Source of the DNA: an uncultured Methanosarcinales archaeon
GTDB lineage: Archaea > Nanobdellota > Nanobdellia > Woesearchaeales > CAZPDB01
Length of the DNA stretch: 30,357 nucleotides
NCBI GenBank assembly: GCA_964585285.1
Contig: CAZPDB010000004.1
Location: 2,839 to 33,195 of the forward strand
Reading direction: 5' to 3'
Below the pieces are notes generated by a model, which saw only the letters and a list, made by a program, of their open reading frames with translations, did not search any database and had not been told where the DNA came from. The position numbers were made by a program, and so were the translations under genes. Every line of letters begins with the position of its first letter. Positions within the stretch are counted from its first letter, which is position 1. Positions 19,001 to 26,811 of the stretch are shown one piece after another.

Positions 19001-22000
19001 CAGCCAAATTCTTTTATTTCCAGTTCTGCTCGAACAGTTATTGGTTTAGTGATTTCATCACTTAATCCTCCCTTATCAGTCACTTCTAAAATAACATCAT
19101 AAACACCCGGCTCTTCATAAACATGACTCACTCCCACCCCTTCACCATCTGAACCATCACCAAAATCCCATTCATAACCAACAATATCCTCACAATTTCT
19201 CCCTTCACAATCAGGGTCAGCGCTTTCTGAAGTAAAAACCACCTCTTCAAAAACAAGTGGTTCTAAAGGTTCATAAACAAAATCAGCTTCAGGCCTATCA
19301 TTAACATTAACCACCCTAACCAAAACATCCTCACTCACAACCCCACCATCAGTATCATTAACAACAAAACTTATTATCTCTTCATCATCAACAAATCCTT
19401 CTAAAGGAATAATAGTTGCCACCCTATTAATTATCTGCACCCCGACATTTTCACTCCCAGAAGCACTCCATAACAATTCCTCATCTGGTGTTTCCACATC
19501 TTCAACATAATCATCTAAAACCAAATTCTCTACCTCATATTCACCAATCCTTACCACTTCAGGTAAACTCACACTTGGCAGATTATTATAGACTCTCACA
19601 CCCAAATCTTCCTGACCAGCTGTGCCATCTTCCAGATTAAAAACAAAACTAAACACCTTGCCCTCTCCCAAAAAGTCATCAGTCAATGGTATTGACTCCA
19701 AATAATAACGATAATAAACAGGTCCCTGACCAGCACTATTAACCTCAGAATATTGTTCTCCAATCATCACATAAGCACCTACCTCTTCCAAATATTCTTC
19801 AAAATAAAGAGGTTCATCATTATTCACCCTTAAGAAAACCTCCTTTAACAAACCCGGATCATCAACATAATCACCTGAAAACAAATCAACAATCTGGAAT
19901 TGAGCATAAACAGAATTACCCCTATAAAACTCCCTAGAAGATGTAATAAACTCATCTGAATAAACATCAAAATTAGTAATATTATACTGGTGTTCCCAAA
20001 CCCTAAACTCAAACAGCTCTGATTCTCCAGCTTCATAACCTTCCTTTCCAGCTCTAACATAAACTCTCTCTAACCCCGGCTCCCTCTCAATCACTGGATT
20101 AATATGACCATAACCTTTGAAGTTTGTCTCTACCCTACCCAATTCTTCTCCATCCTCATAAAAGAATATCAACTCTGCTCCCTCAACCGCAAACTCCCTA
20201 TCAACCAATTCAACTTTTGCACTGCAATGCTGAATCTCACCCCGAACCACGTTAGGATTGCAGCCAAACTCTTCTAATTTCAAAGCCCCACTTACCTGCA
20301 CACTCTTAACTATCTCATCACTTAATCCTCTCTTATCAGTCACTTCTAAAATAACATCATAAACACCCGGCTCTTCATAAACATGACTCACTCCCACCCC
20401 TTCACCATCTGAACCATCACCAAAATCCCATTCATAACCAACAATATCCTCACAGTTTCTTCCTTCACAGTCTTGGTCATGAGAAATTGATCTAAAATTA
20501 ACTTCATCCAAAACTACTGGGTTGAGTGGTAAATAAGCAAAATTAGCTTCAGGCCTATCATTAACTGGTTTAATAATAATCTTAAACCCTTGAGTGACAA
20601 TATTTTTACCATCAGAAACAATTAAGTCAACATTGCAAATCCCATTAAAATTAATTTCTGGGTGGATATCTAGATAATTTCTTTCATCAACCATTGCTCC
20701 GCATCTTTCGTCATCTTGTTCAAGGGAATATTCCAGGTTTCGGCTTGGTGTCTCTGCATCAATAACATAATCTGGGAAATAAAGAAGGTCATTTTTTTGT
20801 TCATCCTCATCCATAAAAATATCTTCAATCTCTTCAATCACTGGAGCATCATTAACCCAATCAACTGTTACTTGGACTGGCTCAGAATAAGCAAAAGCTC
20901 CTTCTGGATCAACCACCTTAAAAACCAGTTCTTCTCTTCCATCCCAATTGGTTTCCGGTTCTATTCTTATTAAGTGTTCTTCACTATTTGGGATAACATC
21001 CACAGTTAGATGCCTGTGCTCGCCAGTTTCCTCTACTTCCAGTGCAGAGTCAGCATCATCTTCATCATTTATGTAAGGATCAATATCAAATTCGTAAACT
21101 TCATCTTCCTGCATATTGATATCTGGGATCTTTGTAAACATTGGCGCTAGATTATTTTTTCTCATTGAAACATAAATATAATAATCAGCAAATCCTAAGT
21201 CAAATTCTCCTGAGTTTTTGGTATAGTCTGGATGGACAATTTCATAGATATATTTTCCAGGTTCAAGATTAATTCTTGCCTCTCCCTGTTCATCACTGAC
21301 TGCATTCCAAATATCAGATCTAGACTCCGTGTTTATTACTTCAACTGAAGCTCCTTCAATTGCATTGTTCGTATCAATCTCCTTAATCAAGAAATTCACA
21401 TCATAGGTTGGGACTGGCTGAACATAGATTTCTTCTTCCAGAGTCTCTTCAAAATTATTTAATCCCTCACAAAGATTGCTCTCTCCCAGACCTCTAACTC
21501 GGATAATATACCGGCCAGTTTCTTCAGGAGTCCAGCTAAAACTTATCTCTGTTGGCTCATAAGCATCCGCATTCTCTTCCACTACCAAATCGTTTTCAAA
21601 AACAATCTCTCCTGTTTCTTTTTTAACAATCTCATAATTAACCCTGGTTGGGATTGGTGTGTATTGATCAAGATTATCCATATAATTGCTTGTCTTTTTA
21701 TAATATATAGTTAGTTCATCTCCAACAATTGGGAACTGTTCATCTGTTCTTAGATTATTCAGCAAAGTATAACATTGTCCCACTGGCCTGGCTGGCAGCA
21801 CATTGAAATTTTTATTAGTGCTTTCTGTTTCAGCACTCAAACACTGACAATCAGTCACTTCTGATTCTAAGACTGCTTTATAATTTTCTCCAGCTATAGT
21901 TGGTGTCCACATAAACCTTATTGTTTCATGTGTGTCCATGTAGATATTTAATTCCCTGCTATCCTCATAAACCATTTCTCCTTCTGGATTATAAATCTTT

Positions 22001-22614
22001 AAACGAACAATTGTCTCTGCGCTGTAAAACTCTTCTTTATACTCTTCAGGGATGTAATGTGGTGCTCTTCCAGAGGAATGGAAAGCTGAATAAGTTTCTG
22101 CATCCAGTCTGGCATCTACTTCCACTACTAATGGTTCATTTTCGTGAACAGTATTAATAATAGAAAAATCTTCAATTGGCGCGTGGCAATTTTCTGCTTT
22201 ACCTAAGTAATGGTCATAATAATAACTCATCCCTCCCCCCCAATTATTAGGTATTACTCCTCTCATTGGAGCATAGCATTCTTTGAATAAATAAATAGCA
22301 TAATCTCTTGGTTCAGAAGTGTAAGGATAAACTATTGTTACAGAGTTTTCTTCTCCAGAATTATCATTAAAGATGGGTGGTTCTTTTACTGCCCAGCACT
22401 GTTCCAGATTGTCTTCACATTCATGAACAATCATTTGCACCCCATTTAATGGTTCTCTACTGTATTGGTCATAAAAAGAATCCACTTCTCTGTTGCCGTC
22501 AGCTAAAACTATTGGTAAAAAAATCAGAACCCCAGTTAAGATAATTAAAAATAAAATATTTTTTTTGAGTGGGTTTGTTTTCATTTTAGTTTTCACCATC
22601 ATAATCTTCACCAT
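13021..22614 (-). CDS. Giant (3197 aa) secreted adhesin-like protein with PKD, cadherin-like and repeated Ig modules
   Basis: Signal peptide (true start may be 22584), two PKD domains (YEWDFGDG..SHVYEEPGVYDV), many NDAP/NNPP..DxD cadherin-like units, six FYRG-type modules, CARDB-like C-terminal domain, no C-terminal TM. Confidence 0.9.
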   Translation of the reverse strand: MVKIMMVKTKMKTNPLKKNILFLIILTGVLIFLPIVLADGNREVDSFYDQYSREPLNGVQMIVHECEDNLEQCWAVKEPPIFNDNSGEENSVTIVYPYTSEPRDYAIYLFKECYAPMRGVIPNNWGGGMSYYYDHYLGKAENCHAPIEDFSIINTVHENEPLVVEVDARLDAETYSAFHSSGRAPHYIPEEYKEEFYSAETIVRLKIYNPEGEMVYEDSRELNIYMDTHETIRFMWTPTIAGENYKAVLESEVTDCQCLSAETESTNKNFNVLPARPVGQCYTLLNNLRTDEQFPIVGDELTIYYKKTSNYMDNLDQYTPIPTRVNYEIVKKETGEIVFENDLVVEENADAYEPTEISFSWTPEETGRYIIRVRGLGESNLCEGLNNFEETLEEEIYVQPVPTYDVNFLIKEIDTNNAIEGASVEVINTESRSDIWNAVSDEQGEARINLEPGKYIYEIVHPDYTKNSGEFDLGFADYYIYVSMRKNNLAPMFTKIPDINMQEDEVYEFDIDPYINDEDDADSALEVEETGEHRHLTVDVIPNSEEHLIRIEPETNWDGREELVFKVVDPEGAFAYSEPVQVTVDWVNDAPVIEEIEDIFMDEDEQKNDLLYFPDYVIDAETPSRNLEYSLEQDDERCGAMVDERNYLDIHPEINFNGICNVDLIVSDGKNIVTQGFKIIIKPVNDRPEANFAYLPLNPVVLDEVNFRSISHDQDCEGRNCEDIVGYEWDFGDGSDGEGVGVSHVYEEPGVYDVILEVTDKRGLSDEIVKSVQVSGALKLEEFGCNPNVVRGEIQHCSAKVELVDREFAVEGAELIFFYEDGEELGRVETNFKGYGHINPVIEREPGLERVYVRAGKEGYEAGESELFEFRVWEHQYNITNFDVYSDEFITSSREFYRGNSVYAQFQIVDLFSGDYVDDPGLLKEVFLRVNNDEPLYFEEYLEEVGAYVMIGEQYSEVNSAGQGPVYYRYYLESIPLTDDFLGEGKVFSFVFNLEDGTAGQEDLGVRVYNNLPSVSLPEVVRIGEYEVENLVLDDYVEDVETPDEELLWSASGSENVGVQIINRVATIIPLEGFVDDEEIISFVVNDTDGGVVSEDVLVRVVNVNDRPEADFVYEPLEPLVFEEVVFTSESADPDCEGRNCEDIVGYEWDFGDGSDGEGVGVSHVYEEPGVYDVILEVTDKGGLSDEITKPITVRAELEIKEFGCNPNVVQGKEQYCTARVGVSTSDDEEYMVTGAEVGFKLGDGTSIGSGETDDYGYVIIEPVINLEPANYSYYVEAEKEGYESARSSTEKEFKVWAEQYQIINLDTYNESDFVNRVNEFYRGDQVFVQFQVKDKFSGEFVNEEVVTEVFLRMKNAEPLYFDFIGLEPVGSGMFVRQVESYKDASTLSSPALAQISAEQLYYRYYLEAIPLTDDYLTTDENQPGKVFSFAFNFIDNTAGQGSKEIYLWNNEPEIGDISDIELYTGEEKRINLREKISDLEDEYGQLIITAESSAQDIVGVEVLGEELVIEGKAKGTSQITVTVVDSDQGMEARIFRVEVLDNQLVIVSLNCAHPIMTVDNTQICNAKIEADSRMIGEVEVELYNYDNDESLGSCSTNEITGACGVVFSPGRLGEWTVYAGAEKDGFKDWELKEPTASFEVYSSKYNITNLEISKNADFSTKDETFYRGEWAYVRFQVEEIFTGELIENEVVSEVRLSSPAAGGVLEFDKKGFSDSWYHYEARIPLTHDFIDESILTSLVINYTDKSSGQRDVEVMILNNPPEVVGWDLGEIDLRVGEERLFNLEEYEFDLEDSGENLSWELVDFDEDVVGVNLGGGKILSLVGESVGEADVVLHLVDLDGDFDEEIVGVSVRGNELEVESIDCDEIVTVDERQTCNVMVNAGETSVGGVEVNFYQKDGMVGVRDDDVWVGECLTDELSGGCSASWTEEELGDYEVYATAQLFPEFVPDLDDEPSFGYSVFSSRYNITDLGVYNDSGYSVESDEFYRSRDIYVSFRVRDLNEGNVLVSDESIVTSAVLRSSAGGELKLDAEGLVGDYYRFEGVIPANHDFIDETLLKTFAVNFEDETSGQREVTIMVMNNPPEVVGWDLGEIDLRVGEERLFNLEEYEFDLEDSGENLSWELVDFDEDVVGVNLGGGKILSLVGESVGEADVVLHLVDLDGDFDEEIVGVSVRGNELEVESIDCDEIVTVDERQTCNVMVNAGETSVGGVEVNFYQKDGMVGVRDDDVWVGECLTDELSGGCSASWTEEELGDYEVYATAQLFPEFVPDLDDEPSFGYSVFSSRYNITDLGVYNDSGYSVESDEFYRSRDIYVSFRVRDLNEGNVLVSDESIVTSAVLRSSAGGELKLDAEGLVGDYYRFEGVIPANHDFIDETLLKTFAVNFEDETSGQREVTIMVMNNPPEVVGEFEELELEIEERREINLEGKAVDVEDQEILEWKVIDVEDNEIVGARIEEEVLIIEALAEGEIKISVEVCDLDQECAQTEFEVEVIESFDPEKINYSATCLFDRLVEGERQTCEIIIDYDNNPAEGAEITFNDNGVEKDECSSDKDGTCSGSWIVSGVGEHEISFTLEYQGYQIMDKISYEVIETGLSLEIGSLAEEIYRGREEEINFKIYNHLDEEYVNHREGELNLTIYDSQGNEIFSINENDIILEEETFSAMITLPVTAETGEGELKIGYRLVSMPVSMPYTLEDSWEMDLEILNNPPEIEIGPNEVNLILPEGENVTVRARDIEGEIEMEIITEGGEGVFEVETVNVSEGEKSLRVRSQAPGNGQIRVGVIDADERRVEEIIPVNVGSPALILEEMPNVNLSEDFGNWQINLWDYLTFYDSSLVEFSANTSNEGVVSCSIINEHYLDCNSYENVYGNTSLKIEAKVWDLAAESEFILTINPENDAPEINSIYGSLDVLENETAVIIINASDEETPKEELIYSINDTRFKQVSLEGVGNRFEWQTGFEDSGVYEFVVRVSDGNHSVEEVVEVRVREMDRGVRIISTPITDFLIDDPNEFDSVYKYDVDAVDPDGEEIIYELVDKPGGMTINKKNGLIVWTPKKKQVGSNKVVVEARTRGNTSNDRQSFTIRVMVPPKEHLPRRKIYLSLVEFINGGEVRPGEDLLVSVNFRNNDYYDMGKTKVLIALPELGVYRQYGPFKLEHDERVTKVGAVRIPAGTKPGIYPVMITINEDGEQRRILWQEVKIIE
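15398..17340. repeat. Exact in-frame tandem duplication, 960-bp unit (320 aa)
   Basis: Line-by-line comparison of 15398-16380 with 16358-17340 found no mismatch. Confidence 0.97.
19055..20472. repeat. Pair of near-identical 158-bp PKD-core repeats (19055-19212 and 20315-20472)
   Basis: Offset 1260 bp; 4 mismatches, all transitions; flanks diverged. Confidence 0.93.
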
Positions 22615-22642
22615 TATAAATTAATTTTTGAGAGATTTTTAT

Positions 22643-25231
22643 TTAAAACTTATTCTCTTCAAGCTCGCCTCTACCTCCACTTACCCCTCCTCCACCAATG
22701 CTTTGTTCAGCAGTTGCTCCAATGAATATAATATAGTTTGTTCCTAATCTTACTATGCTTTTCCAGGCTTCTGTTTGGCGGGTTTTAAATTCTTCCAGAT
22801 CAAAGGTAGCGTTGTCAAGATTGGTGGTGAATCTGCCCTGCCCATTTTTAAAAGCTACTGCCACTAAATTATCTTTATCATCAACCAACATCATCGGTAT
22901 TTCTTTGTAATCAGCAAGCATTGTTTCAAAAGCTTCTTTGGTTATACTTTCTGGTTCAAGATAATCTTTTTCCACTATTTTCTTTTCTCTAAAGCCATTT
23001 CTCACTCCAAAAAAACCATTTTTTCTTGCTTCTTCTATCTCTCTTCTGTCAGTTAAACGAGATGGATGTACTTTCTCCAATACTGCTCTTGTCCTTCCTT
23101 CTTTTGCCGCTTCTTGTTTTGGGATAATTTCTATCTGAGCATCACCTACAGAAGGATTAGCTAAATCTCTGGACATGCCTTTTCCATAGATGTTAATTTG
23201 GTGTCCTGGTTCAAACATTACTAATTGGTATTTTGTGCCTGCTGGTGCGCCACTAATTTCTTTTTCATAAATAGGCAGTCTCTCGTCTTCCACAGATTTA
23301 AGGATCTCTCCCAGATCTTCTTTAACTGCTTCTCTTGCTGCATCATAAGCTTCTTTGGTTGTTCCTCCCCTAAACAAGATTTGAGCCAGAGCTGTTGGCA
23401 ATCTTCCTTCCTTCATATATTCACCTGCTTTAATTATGTCTCCAGGCAGATTAAGGCCGTCAAGAATCACTTCTGCTGGTTTGCCTCCTGCTTTTCTCAC
23501 AGCTCTTCCAGGTAAACTAATAATTTTACCTGCTTTTCCAGCTCCTTTTTTTAAAGCTTTGATTGGATTAGAACCTTCTCCACCACTTTCCTCAACCACT
23601 CTGCTTTCTCCTCCTTCATTCCACTTTTCAAAATAAGTTGGGAGTGGGTTATTAACTACACCTTCCAGGTATCCTTGTCTCACTTTTTCTCTCTCACTTT
23701 CTGGCGCAAAATTCCTTGCCCAGATATCTGCTCCCTGCCTTAAATATTCTCTTAACCAAGGCTCTGCTTCTTCTAACTCTCCTTGTCCTTCAGCAGTCTT
23801 GTACATTTCACAGAAAGTTTCCATAAATCTCTCTTCAGCAGATGATCCAAATAAATTTTTAAAGAATTGGACAGCTGTTTTTGAATTTGGTTTTTTTCCC
23901 TGCACTATCCTTTCCAAATCCTCTTCAGAATAACTTGGTGAATAATCATCCAGAGCAGCAAAAATATCTTCTTTCTGTTTTTTCCTAATTTGTTTTTCTT
24001 CCTGCTGCGTTGACAAGCTTATTTTTTCTGGTTGGTCTTCTTTTACTTCTTTTGATAGGATTGGGGTAGTTATTTCTTGTTCTGGTTCAAAACTTTCTAA
24101 ATATCTTCCTAAATTTTCTCCCTCTAATTCTATCTCTGCTCCAGCTTTAACTCTCTGAGCTAATTCCTGGCCTCTTTCCTTGGCTTCTAAAACCTCTTTC
24201 TCTGAGCCAAAGCTTCCCAGATAATCCATTAAGCAATCATTATTCTCTTTTTCCCAGCATTCTTTGCCTTCCAAAACTGTCAGCAACCAGAGATTTTGCA
24301 GGGCTGTTCCCTCGTATTTTTCTCCAAGATTTTCCCTAACCATAGGATCTTCATTCTTAGTTTCTTGTTGCAGTACTGCTTTATACAATTCTTTTCTTGA
24401 TTCAAAATCAGAGGAGAGATTTTTTGATTTAAGATAATCAACTATTGAATTTTTATTGATTCCATCAATTCTTCCTTGTTCATCCTGAGTTTGTTCCTGC
24501 TGAATTTGCTCCACTCTTATGTTTTCACTCTTATTTTCATTTTCTGCACACACCTGACTTAGAGGTAATAAAGAGCTGGAAATTAATAATCCCGCAGCCA
24601 CTAAACCAGCAGCTGCTTGCCCCCAACCTTCTCTTGCATATCTGTTTATTCTCTTCAGTAAACTTGATTCATCTTTTCCTTTATCATAATTTGCTTGAGT
24701 GTGGCTTGCTTGAGTGCGGGTTTTACCAACAGCATCATCAATAGAAATACCAGTATAGGTTGCCTCTGGTTCTCCAACAGAACCTTCAACAGAGGATTCT
24801 AATTCTCCCGGTTCAATCAATTCCAGAGAATTTGCTGGTAAAAGATATTCTTTTAAATTTGATCTGGTTCTGTCAGCCATACTCCTTAATCGGGTATGGA
24901 CATTTTTCTTGTTTCTTTTTAAATAATTGTTAGAATTAACTTCATTGGTTAAGAGCTCATTAACAACTGCCAGGTCTTCTCTCACTTCTTCATTTATTTC
25001 TTCTGGAGCCAATTGAGTTAAGTAATCATCTAGACCTTCTAGTTTCTCATTAAGATATTTTTCCCTCTCTGTCCATTTCCATGCTCTTTTGCCGTCAGCC
25101 CGGTAATTTCCTGAAAGAATTTGAGCAACATCATCAATATATCCTCTTAAATTTTCTCTGGCTAAAGAATTTGATTCATAATTAGCTGTGTAATCATCTA
25201 AAATTGAATTCCTTGTAGCAATAATCCCCAT
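22643..25231 (-). CDS. 862-aa membrane protein of unknown function with a DUF3597-like motif
   Basis: About 200-aa N-terminal region, one hydrophobic helix (aa ~202-229), then NSIVDYLKSKNLSSDFESRKEL..YEGTALQNLWLL, and a Gly-rich C-terminus. GGGGGTAG SD-like sequence. Confidence 0.75.
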   Translation of the reverse strand: MGIIATRNSILDDYTANYESNSLARENLRGYIDDVAQILSGNYRADGKRAWKWTEREKYLNEKLEGLDDYLTQLAPEEINEEVREDLAVVNELLTNEVNSNNYLKRNKKNVHTRLRSMADRTRSNLKEYLLPANSLELIEPGELESSVEGSVGEPEATYTGISIDDAVGKTRTQASHTQANYDKGKDESSLLKRINRYAREGWGQAAAGLVAAGLLISSSLLPLSQVCAENENKSENIRVEQIQQEQTQDEQGRIDGINKNSIVDYLKSKNLSSDFESRKELYKAVLQQETKNEDPMVRENLGEKYEGTALQNLWLLTVLEGKECWEKENNDCLMDYLGSFGSEKEVLEAKERGQELAQRVKAGAEIELEGENLGRYLESFEPEQEITTPILSKEVKEDQPEKISLSTQQEEKQIRKKQKEDIFAALDDYSPSYSEEDLERIVQGKKPNSKTAVQFFKNLFGSSAEERFMETFCEMYKTAEGQGELEEAEPWLREYLRQGADIWARNFAPESEREKVRQGYLEGVVNNPLPTYFEKWNEGGESRVVEESGGEGSNPIKALKKGAGKAGKIISLPGRAVRKAGGKPAEVILDGLNLPGDIIKAGEYMKEGRLPTALAQILFRGGTTKEAYDAAREAVKEDLGEILKSVEDERLPIYEKEISGAPAGTKYQLVMFEPGHQINIYGKGMSRDLANPSVGDAQIEIIPKQEAAKEGRTRAVLEKVHPSRLTDRREIEEARKNGFFGVRNGFREKKIVEKDYLEPESITKEAFETMLADYKEIPMMLVDDKDNLVAVAFKNGQGRFTTNLDNATFDLEEFKTRQTEAWKSIVRLGTNYIIFIGATAEQSIGGGGVSGGRGELEENKF

Positions 25232-25390
25232 TTTCTACCCCCATATATTAACTGTTAACCTTAAAGTTTAATGCCTTAATTAATACTCAGGCATACAAAT
25301 TTAACACAAGCATAAAAATATACACTTATAATAGAATCACCATCTTTTTCAATAAGCTTTTCAAAGCAAAGTTTTTAGAACGAAGCCCTT

Positions 25391-25408
25391 ATATTTAAAT
25401 CTTTCGCT
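25391..25408 (-). promoter_or_regulatory. BRE + TATA upstream of the 862-aa and giant genes
   Basis: Minus strand AGCGAAAGATTTAAATAT, identical to 12794-12811. Confidence 0.65.
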
Positions 25409-25506
25409 ATTTTACTATCCTAAAATGACAAAGAAGTTTAATCACTCACATAATATATTTTATTGAAGGCAAATAATTAAAAACTTTTGTTCAACACTAA
25501 GAGAAT

Positions 25507-26784
25507 ATGGTTTTCATTATTGGTGGTGGTCCAGCAGGTCTTTATGCAGCCCATCTCTTAGCCAAAAAAGGCTTTGAGGTCACGCTTTTTGAAGAGCATC
25601 AAGAGATAGGAAAACCAATCCAATGCACAGGCATCACTACCTCTTCACTTAAAAAATATCTTCCCAGATTAGAACAGGAAAAAGAAAAAAAAGAATATTT
25701 TAAAAATAATTCAGTTGAAAGTGCTAATATTAATCCTGTCATTAACAAAATCTTCTCAGCTCAGGTTTTCTCTCCCCACCACCAGGTTGAATTTAATTTC
25801 CATCAACCCAATCTTATCCTCAACCGCCACATTTTTGATAATTACCTGGCTCAGCTTGCCCATCAGTCTGGGGCAAAAATTTTCACCTGCCATCGTTTTC
25901 TCCAGATCAAAGACAATCACCTTTTAATCAAAGATTTCAAAAACAAAAAGATAAAAAGATTCCCTTTCACTTCTCAAACAGCAGTCATTGGCGCTGATGG
26001 GCCTAACTCCAAGATTTCTTCTCTTATCAATTCTAAAAGCAATTCCCAGTTTAACAATACCCATCTTAGACCACAATTTTGGTCTGGTGCCCAAGTCCGT
26101 CTCAAACTTAAAAATGCTAACCAAGTCAAATTCTATCCTTTTCTCGGCGCTATGGCCTGGCTTGTTCCTGAAAATAATGATATTGCTCGTTTTGGAGTCT
26201 TAACCAGACAAAATCAATCCTCTTATTTTTTGCTTCAGCATTTACTCAAATCGCATTTACTCAAATCTTATCTTAAACATTCCTCTCCATCCTTTCCTGC
26301 TGAGAAAAAACCCAAAATTCTTGGATATCAGGGAGGTCTTGTGCCAATTTTTCAACCAAAACTTAAATTACAAAAAGATAATCTTTTTCTTCTTGGTGAT
26401 GCTGCCACCCTTGTCAAAGCCACAACTGCCGGCGGCATTGTCCAGTCTCTTGAAAGCGCCCGCCTTCTAACCAAAAGTCTTTCTCAAAAAAAAGATTTTT
26501 CCACATTAATAAAACCACTCAAAAAAGAACTCTTCCTTCACCTTTTAGCCAGAAGAACTATTAACAAATTCTCTGCTCAGGACTGGGATAATCTCCTCCA
26601 GTTGGTTAATCAAAAGAAAACCAAAAATTTGTTAGAAAGTTTTGACCGGGATCACTTTTCATCCTTTGCTCTGCGCTTACTTATCCATCAACCCAGGTTT
26701 ATCTCATTTGCTAAATATTTATTTCCTTTGCCTAATCTCTACCATCAATCGCAGGAGAACACAGGAGAACAACAATCTTTATAA
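25507..26784 (+). CDS. Geranylgeranyl reductase family FAD-dependent oxidoreductase
   Basis: IIGGGPAG, KPIQCTG, RHIFDNYL, IGADG and LLGDAA..TTAGGI motifs. Confidence 0.92.
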   Translation: MVFIIGGGPAGLYAAHLLAKKGFEVTLFEEHQEIGKPIQCTGITTSSLKKYLPRLEQEKEKKEYFKNNSVESANINPVINKIFSAQVFSPHHQVEFNFHQPNLILNRHIFDNYLAQLAHQSGAKIFTCHRFLQIKDNHLLIKDFKNKKIKRFPFTSQTAVIGADGPNSKISSLINSKSNSQFNNTHLRPQFWSGAQVRLKLKNANQVKFYPFLGAMAWLVPENNDIARFGVLTRQNQSSYFLLQHLLKSHLLKSYLKHSSPSFPAEKKPKILGYQGGLVPIFQPKLKLQKDNLFLLGDAATLVKATTAGGIVQSLESARLLTKSLSQKKDFSTLIKPLKKELFLHLLARRTINKFSAQDWDNLLQLVNQKKTKNLLESFDRDHFSSFALRLLIHQPRFISFAKYLFPLPNLYHQSQENTGEQQSL

Positions 26785-26811
26785 ATAAACTTTTTTTCTT
26801 CTCTTCTGATC

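Noticed and set aside
19055-20472. PKD repeat pair as a DGR template/variable repeat
   Set aside because: Mismatches are not confined to adenines of one copy (2 A/G and 2 C/T on the coding strand), and there is no reverse transcriptase in the window.
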